Shown here: positions 39,207 to 48,159 of the stretch, piece by piece | How positions within the stretch are numbered: position 1 is the stretch's first letter | How the letters are laid out: each line of letters begins with the position of its first letter | Program-made: the position numbers and the translations under genes | Notes under the pieces: generated by a model | Databases searched by the model: none | Told to the model about the DNA's origin: nothing | The model's input: the letters and a program-made list of their open reading frames with translations, nothing else | NCBI GenBank assembly: GCA_963663165.1 | Contig: OY760175.1 | Location: 4,544,001 to 4,608,000 of the forward strand | Origin: an uncultured Desulfospira sp. | GTDB lineage: Bacteria > Desulfobacterota > Desulfobacteria > Desulfobacterales > Desulfobacteraceae | Length of the DNA stretch: 64,000 nt | Direction of reading: 5' to 3'

Positions 39207-39710
39207 TCAAGGTTCAAACTTGGGTTTGGCTTCTTTTTCCGGGTGGTCGGTCAGGGATACAACCTTGGAATTTTTATGATAACCGGGCCGTTCTATAAAG
39301 TGATCCACCAGTATTTTTACCAAAACCGGGCTCAAATATTGGCGGCCTTGTAAAACGGTTTTAACGGCGTCCATCAATTCCTTGATCAGGTCGGTTTTTA
39401 AAAGATACCCGGATGCCCAGGCATCGAGCATGGCGTTGATGTAAGCCCGTTCCGAATACATGGAAAGGGCCAGGATTTTGATTTCAGGCTTTTGGGAGAG
39501 AATCCTGCGGCAGGCGTGAATCCCGTTTAGTTCCGGCATATGAATATCCATGATTACCAGATCCGGTTCCAAAGACAGGGCCGTTTCAACAGCCTGCTCT
39601 CCGTTTTCCGCCTCCCCGGCCACGGCCATGTTTTTTTGCTGCTGTATCCGGGAAGCGATTTCCTTTCGGGTGATATGATCATCGTCTGCTATGAGAACGG
39701 TGACGGTCAT
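39207..39710 (-). CDS. NarL-family receiver-domain protein lacking the HTH
   Basis: LIADDH, MDIHMP, ALSM and GYLLK motifs; ends shortly after the linker (VVSLT). Confidence 0.85.
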   Translation of the reverse strand: MTVTVLIADDDHITRKEIASRIQQQKNMAVAGEAENGEQAVETALSLEPDLVIMDIHMPELNGIHACRRILSQKPEIKILALSMYSERAYINAMLDAWASGYLLKTDLIKELMDAVKTVLQGRQYLSPVLVKILVDHFIERPGYHKNSKVVSLTDHPEKEAKPKFEP

Positions 39711-39800
39711 GGAGGCACTCTTTTGTTAATGTATTATGCAACCCAACGGAATGATAGTACATTTTTTCAAAATTATTTAAAAAGTCATGATATATCCGGG

Positions 39801-40439
39801 TTATCGATTTTCTGGAAAGACTTTTCTCCGCCTTACTAGGGCAAGCATGAGAAGACCTGCACCAAGCAGCGAGACTGCCCCTGGGATGGGGACAGATGCG
39901 GCTTTGTACATATGGAAACCCGCACTATCCATTTTCGTGTCCAGGCCCCATGAGCCATTGGTATGAACGACATCCTCTATGCTGTCATCAAGACGATTCT
40001 GCATGACGGTGGGGGTGGTCAGGCCGTTTGGCCACAGCGTTCTTGACGTTCCAACAGCCTGCTCATAGCCATGGTAGCTCGATGAGCTTGTCGGTTCGAA
40101 TAAATTAAAATATTCCGGAGCCCAGGCCGACCCCGCCTCACGTACAGACTCATATACGCCGATAGTCAGCCCGCTAAAACTGGAGTATAACGAGGCGACT
40201 TCTTCCAAAGATGCCCAAATCCATCCACTGAAATCAACACCGCCCACCGTCGTAACAGTGCTGTCTTTGAGCTGACCTGTTGAGGTGTCGTAAATTTGGG
40301 CCAAGTCGTTGTAGCTTAGATTTACCGTATCCGTCAGCTGGCGCCAGTCTTTGCCGTCTGCCATGATGGCATATGCGGTATCCCACAGGCATAATAATAA
40401 AAACAGACCTGAACATGCAGCAAATAATTTTTTTCTCAT
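39801..40439 (-). CDS. PEP-CTERM-type sorted surface protein
   Basis: Start MRKKL after AAGGAG; signal peptide; C-terminus VPIPGAVSLLGAGLLMLALVRRRK. Confidence 0.85.
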   Translation of the reverse strand: MRKKLFAACSGLFLLLCLWDTAYAIMADGKDWRQLTDTVNLSYNDLAQIYDTSTGQLKDSTVTTVGGVDFSGWIWASLEEVASLYSSFSGLTIGVYESVREAGSAWAPEYFNLFEPTSSSSYHGYEQAVGTSRTLWPNGLTTPTVMQNRLDDSIEDVVHTNGSWGLDTKMDSAGFHMYKAASVPIPGAVSLLGAGLLMLALVRRRKVFPENR

Positions 40440-40476
40440 TTTTAATCTCCTTTGGTCAGGGATTGATTTTCTCTGG

Positions 40477-41175
40477 TTATAAATGTTCACAAAGCCGTCT
40501 TAGGCCAATGAGGCTGAAAATGCCTGAGCTGAAAAGCCAGGCGGCCGATGGGACGGGGACCGGTGATTGTGATACGGTGAATGATGACGGCAGGTGTAAA
40601 TTGAAATTAACATCTTTGCCGTAAGATTGCTGGACGGCACAGAAATCCCAGCCGTAAGGGATCGTTAAAAAGGCTTCCATCTCTTCTCCGGAAGGTAAAT
40701 CCGTATTATCCAGCGTGCCTCCCGGATTTGATGAATACGTGTCTTTTAATATCCAGCTCATTGATAATGTCGTGTTCGCATCATTGTCTCCGGCGTATGA
40801 GATTGCGCCGTATATCTGTATGCTGTCCGCCCCGTCATATCCCGGTGCGTTGTTATAGACCCTGAATCCGTATTCGGGTTTTGTGCCGGAATCCGAAACG
40901 ATAAACCCGCCCATATTCAGTGTGAATTCAAGAAATTGATATTCCTTGATATAGCCATAATCAGGGCTTGGGTAATGTTCCTGATAGGATGCATTGGTAT
41001 CAAATTTTATAATGCCGGTATATTGATCTGACTGAATCCATGAATAGTCATCCATATCATCTCCCCAGCTGTTGAATGTCCCGGAAAAAGAAATGGTGAC
41101 AATATCGGCTGATGTAGTCCCGACAAAGCCAAGAACCAGAAACAATACCCATAAAAATCCTGTCAGTTTTTTCAT
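40477..41175 (-). CDS. PEP-CTERM-type sorted surface protein
   Basis: Signal peptide; C-terminus VPVPSAAWLFSSGIFSLIGLRR. Confidence 0.85.
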   Translation of the reverse strand: MKKLTGFLWVLFLVLGFVGTTSADIVTISFSGTFNSWGDDMDDYSWIQSDQYTGIIKFDTNASYQEHYPSPDYGYIKEYQFLEFTLNMGGFIVSDSGTKPEYGFRVYNNAPGYDGADSIQIYGAISYAGDNDANTTLSMSWILKDTYSSNPGGTLDNTDLPSGEEMEAFLTIPYGWDFCAVQQSYGKDVNFNLHLPSSFTVSQSPVPVPSAAWLFSSGIFSLIGLRRLCEHL

Positions 41176-41226
41176 GTTTTCCTCATGTATTTTATGTTTG
41201 GGTTAAGATTAAACTGTTGGCACATC

Positions 41227-41886
41227 TCAATGGTGGAGGGAGCTTTTCCCTTTAATTTTTCTGTTATACCCTGCCAAACCCAGCAGACCCGCCCCGAACA
41301 GAAGCAGTGTTGCCGGTTCGGGGACTGGGGATGCGGCAGGGGCAGTGAAACTCCAGGTCTTCACATCTACAAAACGGTCTCCCCCGTATTCAAAAAAACT
41401 GCGCAATTCAGCGTTTTCAAGGGGATCGGCTTTTTGCATATCAGCACTTGTCAGCCCGGTAAAGTGTATGGCATAGCCGGAATATTTTCGGTCATCTTCT
41501 GTGGTTCCAGGATTCCAATCCTGACACATGGTAATCCCGAAATAATCATCGCCATCCCTTTGTTGAACAGTAAACGTATCGTAATAAGCATCATCGCCGT
41601 CGCTGGTTTTGTACCAGTTTTCTTCGGTAATGGCTTCATCGCCAACCCGTGTTAAGGTGGCGTAAAACCAATCGGCTATCGGTGTATCAGTTTTTGTCAC
41701 GTAAATACTGCCATCTTCGTACTTCAGGACCCCGTCTCTATCCGGATCAATTAGAAAACCAATGTCAATTAATCGCCCGTCTTGAGTTGTAATATAAAGG
41801 TCATATTCTATGGGGGTCGCATTAACCATTGTCCCAACCCCCAATAACAAAGCAACAGCAAAACCAATAAAACCTGTTTTCAACAT
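41227..41886 (-). CDS. PEP-CTERM protein
   Basis: Signal peptide; canonical VPEPATLLLFGAGLLGLAGYNRK. Confidence 0.9.
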   Translation of the reverse strand: MLKTGFIGFAVALLLGVGTMVNATPIEYDLYITTQDGRLIDIGFLIDPDRDGVLKYEDGSIYVTKTDTPIADWFYATLTRVGDEAITEENWYKTSDGDDAYYDTFTVQQRDGDDYFGITMCQDWNPGTTEDDRKYSGYAIHFTGLTSADMQKADPLENAELRSFFEYGGDRFVDVKTWSFTAPAASPVPEPATLLLFGAGLLGLAGYNRKIKGKSSLHH

Positions 41887-42093
41887 TTTTCCTCCCTGGA
41901 TTTAACCTTTATTCTCCGCAATTTTATAACCGGGTACCCTTTAAAGAGCCAACACGCTTTAAAAACATTAAAAAATCGTTGCAGCCGTCAGCAAACGAAA
42001 TGTTAATCCGGGTTAACCCGCCTGTTTACGGCTGCTTCTCTTTTTACTTAAGATGCGGCGGACCGGCAATCGGCGAAACCCGGATTTCCCTGT

Positions 42094-42143
42094 TCAGATT
42101 TTCAGATTTTTGACTTCAGAAATTCTGAGATGTACCGGTCAGA
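42094..42143. promoter_or_regulatory. Clustered TCAGA/TCTGA half-sites (candidate response-regulator operator)
   Basis: TCAGA at 42094, 42102, 42116 and 42139; palindrome TCAGAAATTCTGA at 42116-42128; lies in a divergent promoter region. Confidence 0.45.
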
Positions 42144-42269
42144 ATACGTAACCGATCCGGAAAAAATCGTTTTTTTACGTTAAAAATTCTGATATCAGCA
42201 GGGGGTTACAATGGTTGTCATGCCGGTAGTTGAAACGGGAACGGATTGGGATTGAACCACAGGAGTGTG

Positions 42270-45200
42270 ATGCGATCTGCCGAAGATGAAACAGTTATAC
42301 AGATTCACTGCGGTCCGGACTTTCAAAGTCATATGGTTCAAAGCAGCCGTTCACAGGAGCGGTTTATCCGGGTTGCCGCCGGCATTGACGGCATCCCTCT
42401 GGCGCAGATCGAAAAATTTATGTTTGTCTGCGATCAGTTCAGGCATACCCCTTGTCCCCATTTGCCGCAGCTGTTGTCTTTACAGATAAATGAAGATCCC
42501 CGGAACGGTTTTAAGAAAACAATTTTTCTCACATTTCCGGCGTCAGACGGCATCGCCCTTGAGCAGTATCTGGTGCAAACCCGGCCGGATCTTAAGCAGT
42601 CCCTGCATATGGTTGCCCAGATTTGTGAAGCCGTTAAACGTATTCATGAAACAGGGATTATTGCAGGGCCTCTACACCCTTATAACATTCACATTAAGCC
42701 GGAAACTGGGACGGTTTTTCTTTCTGACTTCGGTCCTTTTTCCATTTACAGCCACCCTGTCCGGGCCTGTGACACGGGAGGCAATGCTAAATGGAATGCG
42801 GCACTTTCTGACTCAAAAATACTGCCGTATATTTCCCCGGAGCTGACAGGCCTCACAAATCGCCTGCCTGATTTTCGTTCCGATTTTTATTCACTGGGTA
42901 TCCTGTTCTATGAGCTGCTTGTTTCTTGCCCTCCGTTTACAGGCGCAAGCCCTCAAAAAATCATCCACAGCCATATGGCAGAAACTCCCCCCAGACTTGA
43001 AAGCCCGGGCTTAGAGATCCCCGAAGTGATTTCAGATATGGTTCAAAGGCTGTTGTCCAAAGATCCTGAAGACCGGTATCAAAGTATACAGGGCATCTCG
43101 TCTGACGTTACGGCATGCCTTAACCATTTAGAACAGCAAGGCCGAATCCCTTTTTTTCCCATTGGGCAAAATGATGCCTGCAGCCGGTTCAAAATAACAG
43201 ACACCATTTACGGCAGGCAAACGGAAACCGCCTTTCTCAATGAGCTGTTTGATAAAACGTTAAAGGGCCGGTCCTCTTTTTTGCTGATCAGGGGATATTC
43301 GGGGATCGGTAAAACCACCCTGGTGCGAAAATTTGAATCTGAACTTCAAACCCGTCAGCACCCCCGGGCAGCGGTTCAATTTATTTCAGGAAAATTTGAT
43401 GTCCATAAACGGCAAAAACCTTATGGCGCATTAATTGATGCCCTGCGGGATTTAATTTTAAATATTTTAACCCGGGATGCGAAAACCATATCCGCATGGC
43501 AGGAAGAAATCACCAGTGATCCCGGGGTAAATGTCAGCCTGATCTGCGAAATGATTCCTGAAGCCCGGCTGATATTCGGCCCCCAGCCGCCCCTTCGCGC
43601 CCTTGGCCCTGAAGAATCCCTAAACCGTTTCTGGCACACCATCACCTCATTCATACGGGCGAACTGCGGTCCCGGCCGCCAGCTCATTCTCTTTTTAGAC
43701 GACCTTCAATGGGTGGACAAGGGGGCTGTCAACCTGCTGGACCGGATTTATGGTCTTGCCGTCCCCCATCTGTTTTTCATCGGTGCATTCCGTGAAAATG
43801 AGGTGGGCCGGCCCCATCCTTTATCCCCTTTGATTTCCCGCCTTGAGCAGGATCACGGGGGTGACCTGTTATCCCTTCAGGCCCTGCCTTTTCGGGATAT
43901 CACCGATCTGGTCCGGGATACGGTCAACCAGGATCAGCAGACCGCTGCCGGCCTTGCAGATCTGCTGAATAAAAAGACCGCCGGCAATCCGTATTATTTA
44001 AAAGAAGTTTTAAATGCCCTGTATGAGGATCATTTGCTTTTTTTTAATGCCGGTGATGGAAAGTGGCATTGGAATCATCAGGAACTTGCCGCCAAAGAAG
44101 TCACCGAGAACGTGGCTGATTTAACATCCATCCGGCTTGGGAAACTCAATGCACAGCTTAAAGAAATCCTGAATTTCGCCGCCTGCCTTGGCCAGGAGTT
44201 TGATCTTTTAGTTCTGTCGACGGCCCTTGATCAGCCGTCTGAAAAAATTCTTCCGGGCATCCTGGAACTTGTACAAAAGAATATTCTCACTGAACAGCCG
44301 GCTAAAGAATCCCGCAGCCGGTACCGGTTTGCCCATGACCGGATTCATCATGCCGCCTACCGTCTCATATCCGTTCCGGAAAGGGAACAGCGCCATTTAA
44401 CCATTGCCCGAAAATGGTACAAAAAAATTAACCCTAAGGAACCGGGCCGGTATATTTTTGAAATAACCACCCATTATAATTACGGCAGGGGGCTGGTGGA
44501 TGATCAAGCCGAAGGACAGATCCTGGTAAAATTAAATCATCTGGCGGCTCAAAAAGCAAAAGCTGAAACCGCATTTGAAAGCCAGTTTCATTACCTGAAC
44601 ATCTGCCTGGAGTTTCTGGAAAAAGATTGCTGGGCAACACAGTATGAACGGGCGCTTTCCTTATATTCAGATGCTGTTGAGGCAGCTTATCTGTGTGGTC
44701 TTTATCCGGAAATGGACCATCTGCTGCAGGTTGTTTTTCACCATGCCAGAAACGACATGGATACGGCAGCTGTAAGAAACACTCAAATTCTGGCTTTTAA
44801 AGCCCGGGACAGGCTTAAGGACGCAATCCGGACCGGGCTTGATACGCTAAAAAAAATGGGGGTTGATTTCCCCCAAAAACCTGCCCGGCATCATGTCCTC
44901 ATTTCCCTTGTAAAAACCTGGCTTGCACTGGCCCGCCACCGGACAGAACATTTCATGGATGTTCAGGTGTTGAGTGATCAAAAAATATCGGTTATCCAGA
45001 AAACATTGTCCGTGCTTGCGTCATCGGCCTATTTTGTATCGCCGGAATTAGGCCTTTTAGTTGCTTTTAAACAGCTGCGCCTCAACCGGTTGCACGGCTT
45101 GACCCAGGACACCCCTGCGACTTTGGCCGGATACGCCGGGGTTGTGCTCAGCGGCATTCTGGAAAATCCGGAAAAAGGATATCAGTTCGGACGGACCGCA

Positions 45201-47429
45201 CTTGCCTTGACGGAAAAGCTCAATGCCCATGAACAAAAGGCAAAAGTGGATGTCATTATTTATGGATTTATCAACCACTGGAAAAGTCATGTTAAGAATG
45301 GTTTTAAGCCGTTGAACCAGGCTTATCGGGCCGGTATTGAAACCGGGGATTTCGAATTTGCCGCCATTGCAAAATACGTCAGGGGCTACCATAGGATTTT
45401 TGCCGGTGAAAATCTTGTGGAACTTGAAAAAGAATTTGCCGAAAATCATTCCATCATCAGGGATCTCAGGCAGATCACCACTTTAAAATACAATGATATC
45501 TATTGGCAGTTTGTCCGCAATCTCATGGGGCGTTGTGATAATCCCATTTTTTTGGAAGGCAGCGCTTATTGTGAAACAGACCGGGAAAAAGCGGTTTGTG
45601 AATTGGACGACCAGAACGGTGCTGCGGTTTATTATCATACCAAGATGATTCTTACCTGCCTTTTTTATGAGAATGAGCAGGCGGTTCAATATCTTGAAAA
45701 ATCAGAGACTGTTTTTGGAAGTGCTGTTGCGACACTGGGTGTGCCCTTGTTGCATTTTTACGGTGCCCTGGCCTGTTTGAGGATATCTGCCGGGGCAGTG
45801 CCGGCGACAGACCGGTCGGAGAACCTGCCGTCAAACAGACAGCTGCGGGAAAAAGCAGGCAGATTTATTAAAAAACTCAAAAAATGGGCCCGTCATGCGC
45901 CCATGAACCATGAGCATAAATATTTGCTGGTAAAGGCCGAACAGGCCCGGATATTAAAAGATGAAAAAAAGGCTGCCATGCTGTATGAAAGGGCCATCGC
46001 CCTGGCAAAAAAACACGGGTACATCAACGAAGAGGCCCTGGCATGGGAACTTTGCGGGGCTTTCTATCATGCCCAGAACCTTCAGGTTCCAGCACGGGTT
46101 TACCTTTCAAAGGCCGTGAACTGCTACCGCCAATGGGGGGCACTGGCAAAAGTTGGCCATTTGAAATCCGTGTATCCGTTTTTGAGCCATCCAACGTTTG
46201 CTGATGATGATACGGCTCCCCTGCCATTGAAACCGTCCGGGCCGGTTGACGTTTCTGCCATTATCAAGGCTTCGGAAGCGATCTTTGGGGAAGTTGTGAT
46301 TCAGCGCCTCATGGAAAAATTAATGGATATTGTCTTTAAAGATGCAGGGGTGAGAAAGGCCGGGCTGGTCCTGGACAACGGGAAGGACTGGATGGTGTCC
46401 GGCCTTGTATCCCTGGATGATTTGCCGTTGTTTTCCCCTGTTCCCCTGTCCCAAAGCCGGGAAGTTCCGGTCAGGATTATCCGGTCGGTACTCAGGACCG
46501 GGAAAAACCTGATGTTTCATCATGCCGGAAAAGAAAAAGCCTTTACACATGACCGTTATTTTCTTGAAAACACGCCGTTATCCGTTCTGGCAATTCCTGT
46601 CCGCCACCAGGGCGTTACCAGCGGTGTTCTCTATCTGGAAAATAACCTGTCTGCCGGTGTGTTTTCGTTAAAGTCCGTGAACGTCCTGGAGACGGTGGCC
46701 AAGATTCTGGCCAACGCCTGGGCCGCAAATAAGGCTGAAAAAGAGATCCTGGCTTATCAGGACCGGCTGCGAGACCTTTCCTCCAGGCTTTTGCTCAGTG
46801 AAGAGCAGGAGCGGCGCAAACTTGCCGTTGCCCTGCATGACCGGATCGGCCATGGCCTGAGCCACGCATTGATGATGCTGGAAAGACTGGGCCAAAAGGC
46901 TGGCCCGGATTCAACCCGGGGGCTTGCTGAAATTCGCGGGATTCTCAAGCGGTCTGTTGAAGACACCCGTTATTTGACATTTGCGTTAAGCCCTCCGGTC
47001 CTTTATGATCTGGGGTTGCCGGCGGCCCTTGACTGGCTGGCCGAACAAACATATAAGACCCATAAGATAAAAGTCAGTTTTTACGATGCCGGACCAGTCC
47101 GGAACGGACCGGTCCGGCAATTGGATGAAAAAATGAGTATTTTAATATTTCAGTGTGTGCGCGAACTTTTGTCCAATGTTGTAAAACACGCTCAGGCAAA
47201 GGAAGCCGCCTTATCCACAGGCTCAAATGAGGCAGAGTTCTGGGTAACGGTTGAAGACCAGGGAAGTGGCTTCGACCCTGATAAAATCGGGTCTGCCGGC
47301 ACCGGAAAAAATGGACTGGGCCTGTTTTCGATCCAGGAAAGGCTGGGCTGCCAGGGCGGATACATGGATGTGGATGCGGCACCGGGAAAGGGTTGCCGGG
47401 TCACGTTGGTGGTGCCGGCAGGGCCGTAG
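42270..47429 (+). CDS. Multidomain sensor: degenerate Ser/Thr kinase + AAA/P-loop + TPR-like + GAF + HisKA_3 histidine kinase
   Basis: DFG, YISPE and SDFYSLG; Walker A GYSGIGKT; LDDLQW; GVLYLEN; ERRKLAVALHDRIGH; ELLSNVVKHA, DQGSGF and GLGL. Confidence 0.92.
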   Translation: MRSAEDETVIQIHCGPDFQSHMVQSSRSQERFIRVAAGIDGIPLAQIEKFMFVCDQFRHTPCPHLPQLLSLQINEDPRNGFKKTIFLTFPASDGIALEQYLVQTRPDLKQSLHMVAQICEAVKRIHETGIIAGPLHPYNIHIKPETGTVFLSDFGPFSIYSHPVRACDTGGNAKWNAALSDSKILPYISPELTGLTNRLPDFRSDFYSLGILFYELLVSCPPFTGASPQKIIHSHMAETPPRLESPGLEIPEVISDMVQRLLSKDPEDRYQSIQGISSDVTACLNHLEQQGRIPFFPIGQNDACSRFKITDTIYGRQTETAFLNELFDKTLKGRSSFLLIRGYSGIGKTTLVRKFESELQTRQHPRAAVQFISGKFDVHKRQKPYGALIDALRDLILNILTRDAKTISAWQEEITSDPGVNVSLICEMIPEARLIFGPQPPLRALGPEESLNRFWHTITSFIRANCGPGRQLILFLDDLQWVDKGAVNLLDRIYGLAVPHLFFIGAFRENEVGRPHPLSPLISRLEQDHGGDLLSLQALPFRDITDLVRDTVNQDQQTAAGLADLLNKKTAGNPYYLKEVLNALYEDHLLFFNAGDGKWHWNHQELAAKEVTENVADLTSIRLGKLNAQLKEILNFAACLGQEFDLLVLSTALDQPSEKILPGILELVQKNILTEQPAKESRSRYRFAHDRIHHAAYRLISVPEREQRHLTIARKWYKKINPKEPGRYIFEITTHYNYGRGLVDDQAEGQILVKLNHLAAQKAKAETAFESQFHYLNICLEFLEKDCWATQYERALSLYSDAVEAAYLCGLYPEMDHLLQVVFHHARNDMDTAAVRNTQILAFKARDRLKDAIRTGLDTLKKMGVDFPQKPARHHVLISLVKTWLALARHRTEHFMDVQVLSDQKISVIQKTLSVLASSAYFVSPELGLLVAFKQLRLNRLHGLTQDTPATLAGYAGVVLSGILENPEKGYQFGRTALALTEKLNAHEQKAKVDVIIYGFINHWKSHVKNGFKPLNQAYRAGIETGDFEFAAIAKYVRGYHRIFAGENLVELEKEFAENHSIIRDLRQITTLKYNDIYWQFVRNLMGRCDNPIFLEGSAYCETDREKAVCELDDQNGAAVYYHTKMILTCLFYENEQAVQYLEKSETVFGSAVATLGVPLLHFYGALACLRISAGAVPATDRSENLPSNRQLREKAGRFIKKLKKWARHAPMNHEHKYLLVKAEQARILKDEKKAAMLYERAIALAKKHGYINEEALAWELCGAFYHAQNLQVPARVYLSKAVNCYRQWGALAKVGHLKSVYPFLSHPTFADDDTAPLPLKPSGPVDVSAIIKASEAIFGEVVIQRLMEKLMDIVFKDAGVRKAGLVLDNGKDWMVSGLVSLDDLPLFSPVPLSQSREVPVRIIRSVLRTGKNLMFHHAGKEKAFTHDRYFLENTPLSVLAIPVRHQGVTSGVLYLENNLSAGVFSLKSVNVLETVAKILANAWAANKAEKEILAYQDRLRDLSSRLLLSEEQERRKLAVALHDRIGHGLSHALMMLERLGQKAGPDSTRGLAEIRGILKRSVEDTRYLTFALSPPVLYDLGLPAALDWLAEQTYKTHKIKVSFYDAGPVRNGPVRQLDEKMSILIFQCVRELLSNVVKHAQAKEAALSTGSNEAEFWVTVEDQGSGFDPDKIGSAGTGKNGLGLFSIQERLGCQGGYMDVDAAPGKGCRVTLVVPAGP

Positions 47430-47462
47430 CGGCACACTGTTTTTAAGCAAAGGGACATATGC

Positions 47463-48116
47463 ATGAGTATCCGGATTATGATAGCTGATGACCATAAGGT
47501 GACCCGGGAGGGAATTAAGGCTTTGATCCGAAAAGAGCCGGACATGGAAGTCATCTGTGAGGCCGGAGACGGGCAGGAGGCCATTGCCATGGCTGAAGAC
47601 CAGTCTCCCCAAATTATTGTAATGGATATCAGCATGCCGGGGTTGAACGGTATTGACGCGGCCCGGCAGATCAAATCAAAATGGCCCCGGATAAAAATAA
47701 TTGCGTTATCCATGTACTCTGAACGCAGGTATGTTGCCGGCATGCTCGAAGCCGGGGTGTCCGGATATCTGTTGAAAGATGGTTCAGTTAATGAAATTAT
47801 AGACGCCCTTAGGGCCGTTATCCGCGGTAAACCCTACTTAAGCCCGGACGTTGCGAAAGTGGTTTTCATGGATTACGTTCAGGGCAGGCCCATCAGCGAA
47901 ACTTCCACCGTGTCGGTTTTAACGAAAAGAGAACGCGAAATTCTCCAGTTAATTGCAGAAGGATTCTCTTCAATCCAGATTGCATCCAGACTCCATGTTT
48001 CTGAAAAAACCGTATCCACCCACCGGCGCAAAATAATGGAAAAATTAAGCATTTTTAATGTCGCAGGGTTGACCAAATATGCCGTAAGAGAAGGGTTGAC
48101 CTCACTTGAAACATGA
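47463..48116 (+). CDS. NarL/LuxR-family response regulator
   Basis: Receiver (IADDH, MDISMP) plus LuxR HTH LTKREREILQLIAEG...SEKTVSTHR. Confidence 0.95.
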   Translation: MSIRIMIADDHKVTREGIKALIRKEPDMEVICEAGDGQEAIAMAEDQSPQIIVMDISMPGLNGIDAARQIKSKWPRIKIIALSMYSERRYVAGMLEAGVSGYLLKDGSVNEIIDALRAVIRGKPYLSPDVAKVVFMDYVQGRPISETSTVSVLTKREREILQLIAEGFSSIQIASRLHVSEKTVSTHRRKIMEKLSIFNVAGLTKYAVREGLTSLET

Positions 48117-48159
48117 TGCCGACAGGGGCCAACACCGTACATCGCCAAGGTTAGGAAAA

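Noticed and set aside
41916..41932. GG-N10-GC (CGGTTATAAAATTGCG) upstream of the PEP-CTERM trio
   Set aside because: Poor -24 element (GGTT rather than GGCA); equally explained as a sigma-70 -10 box.
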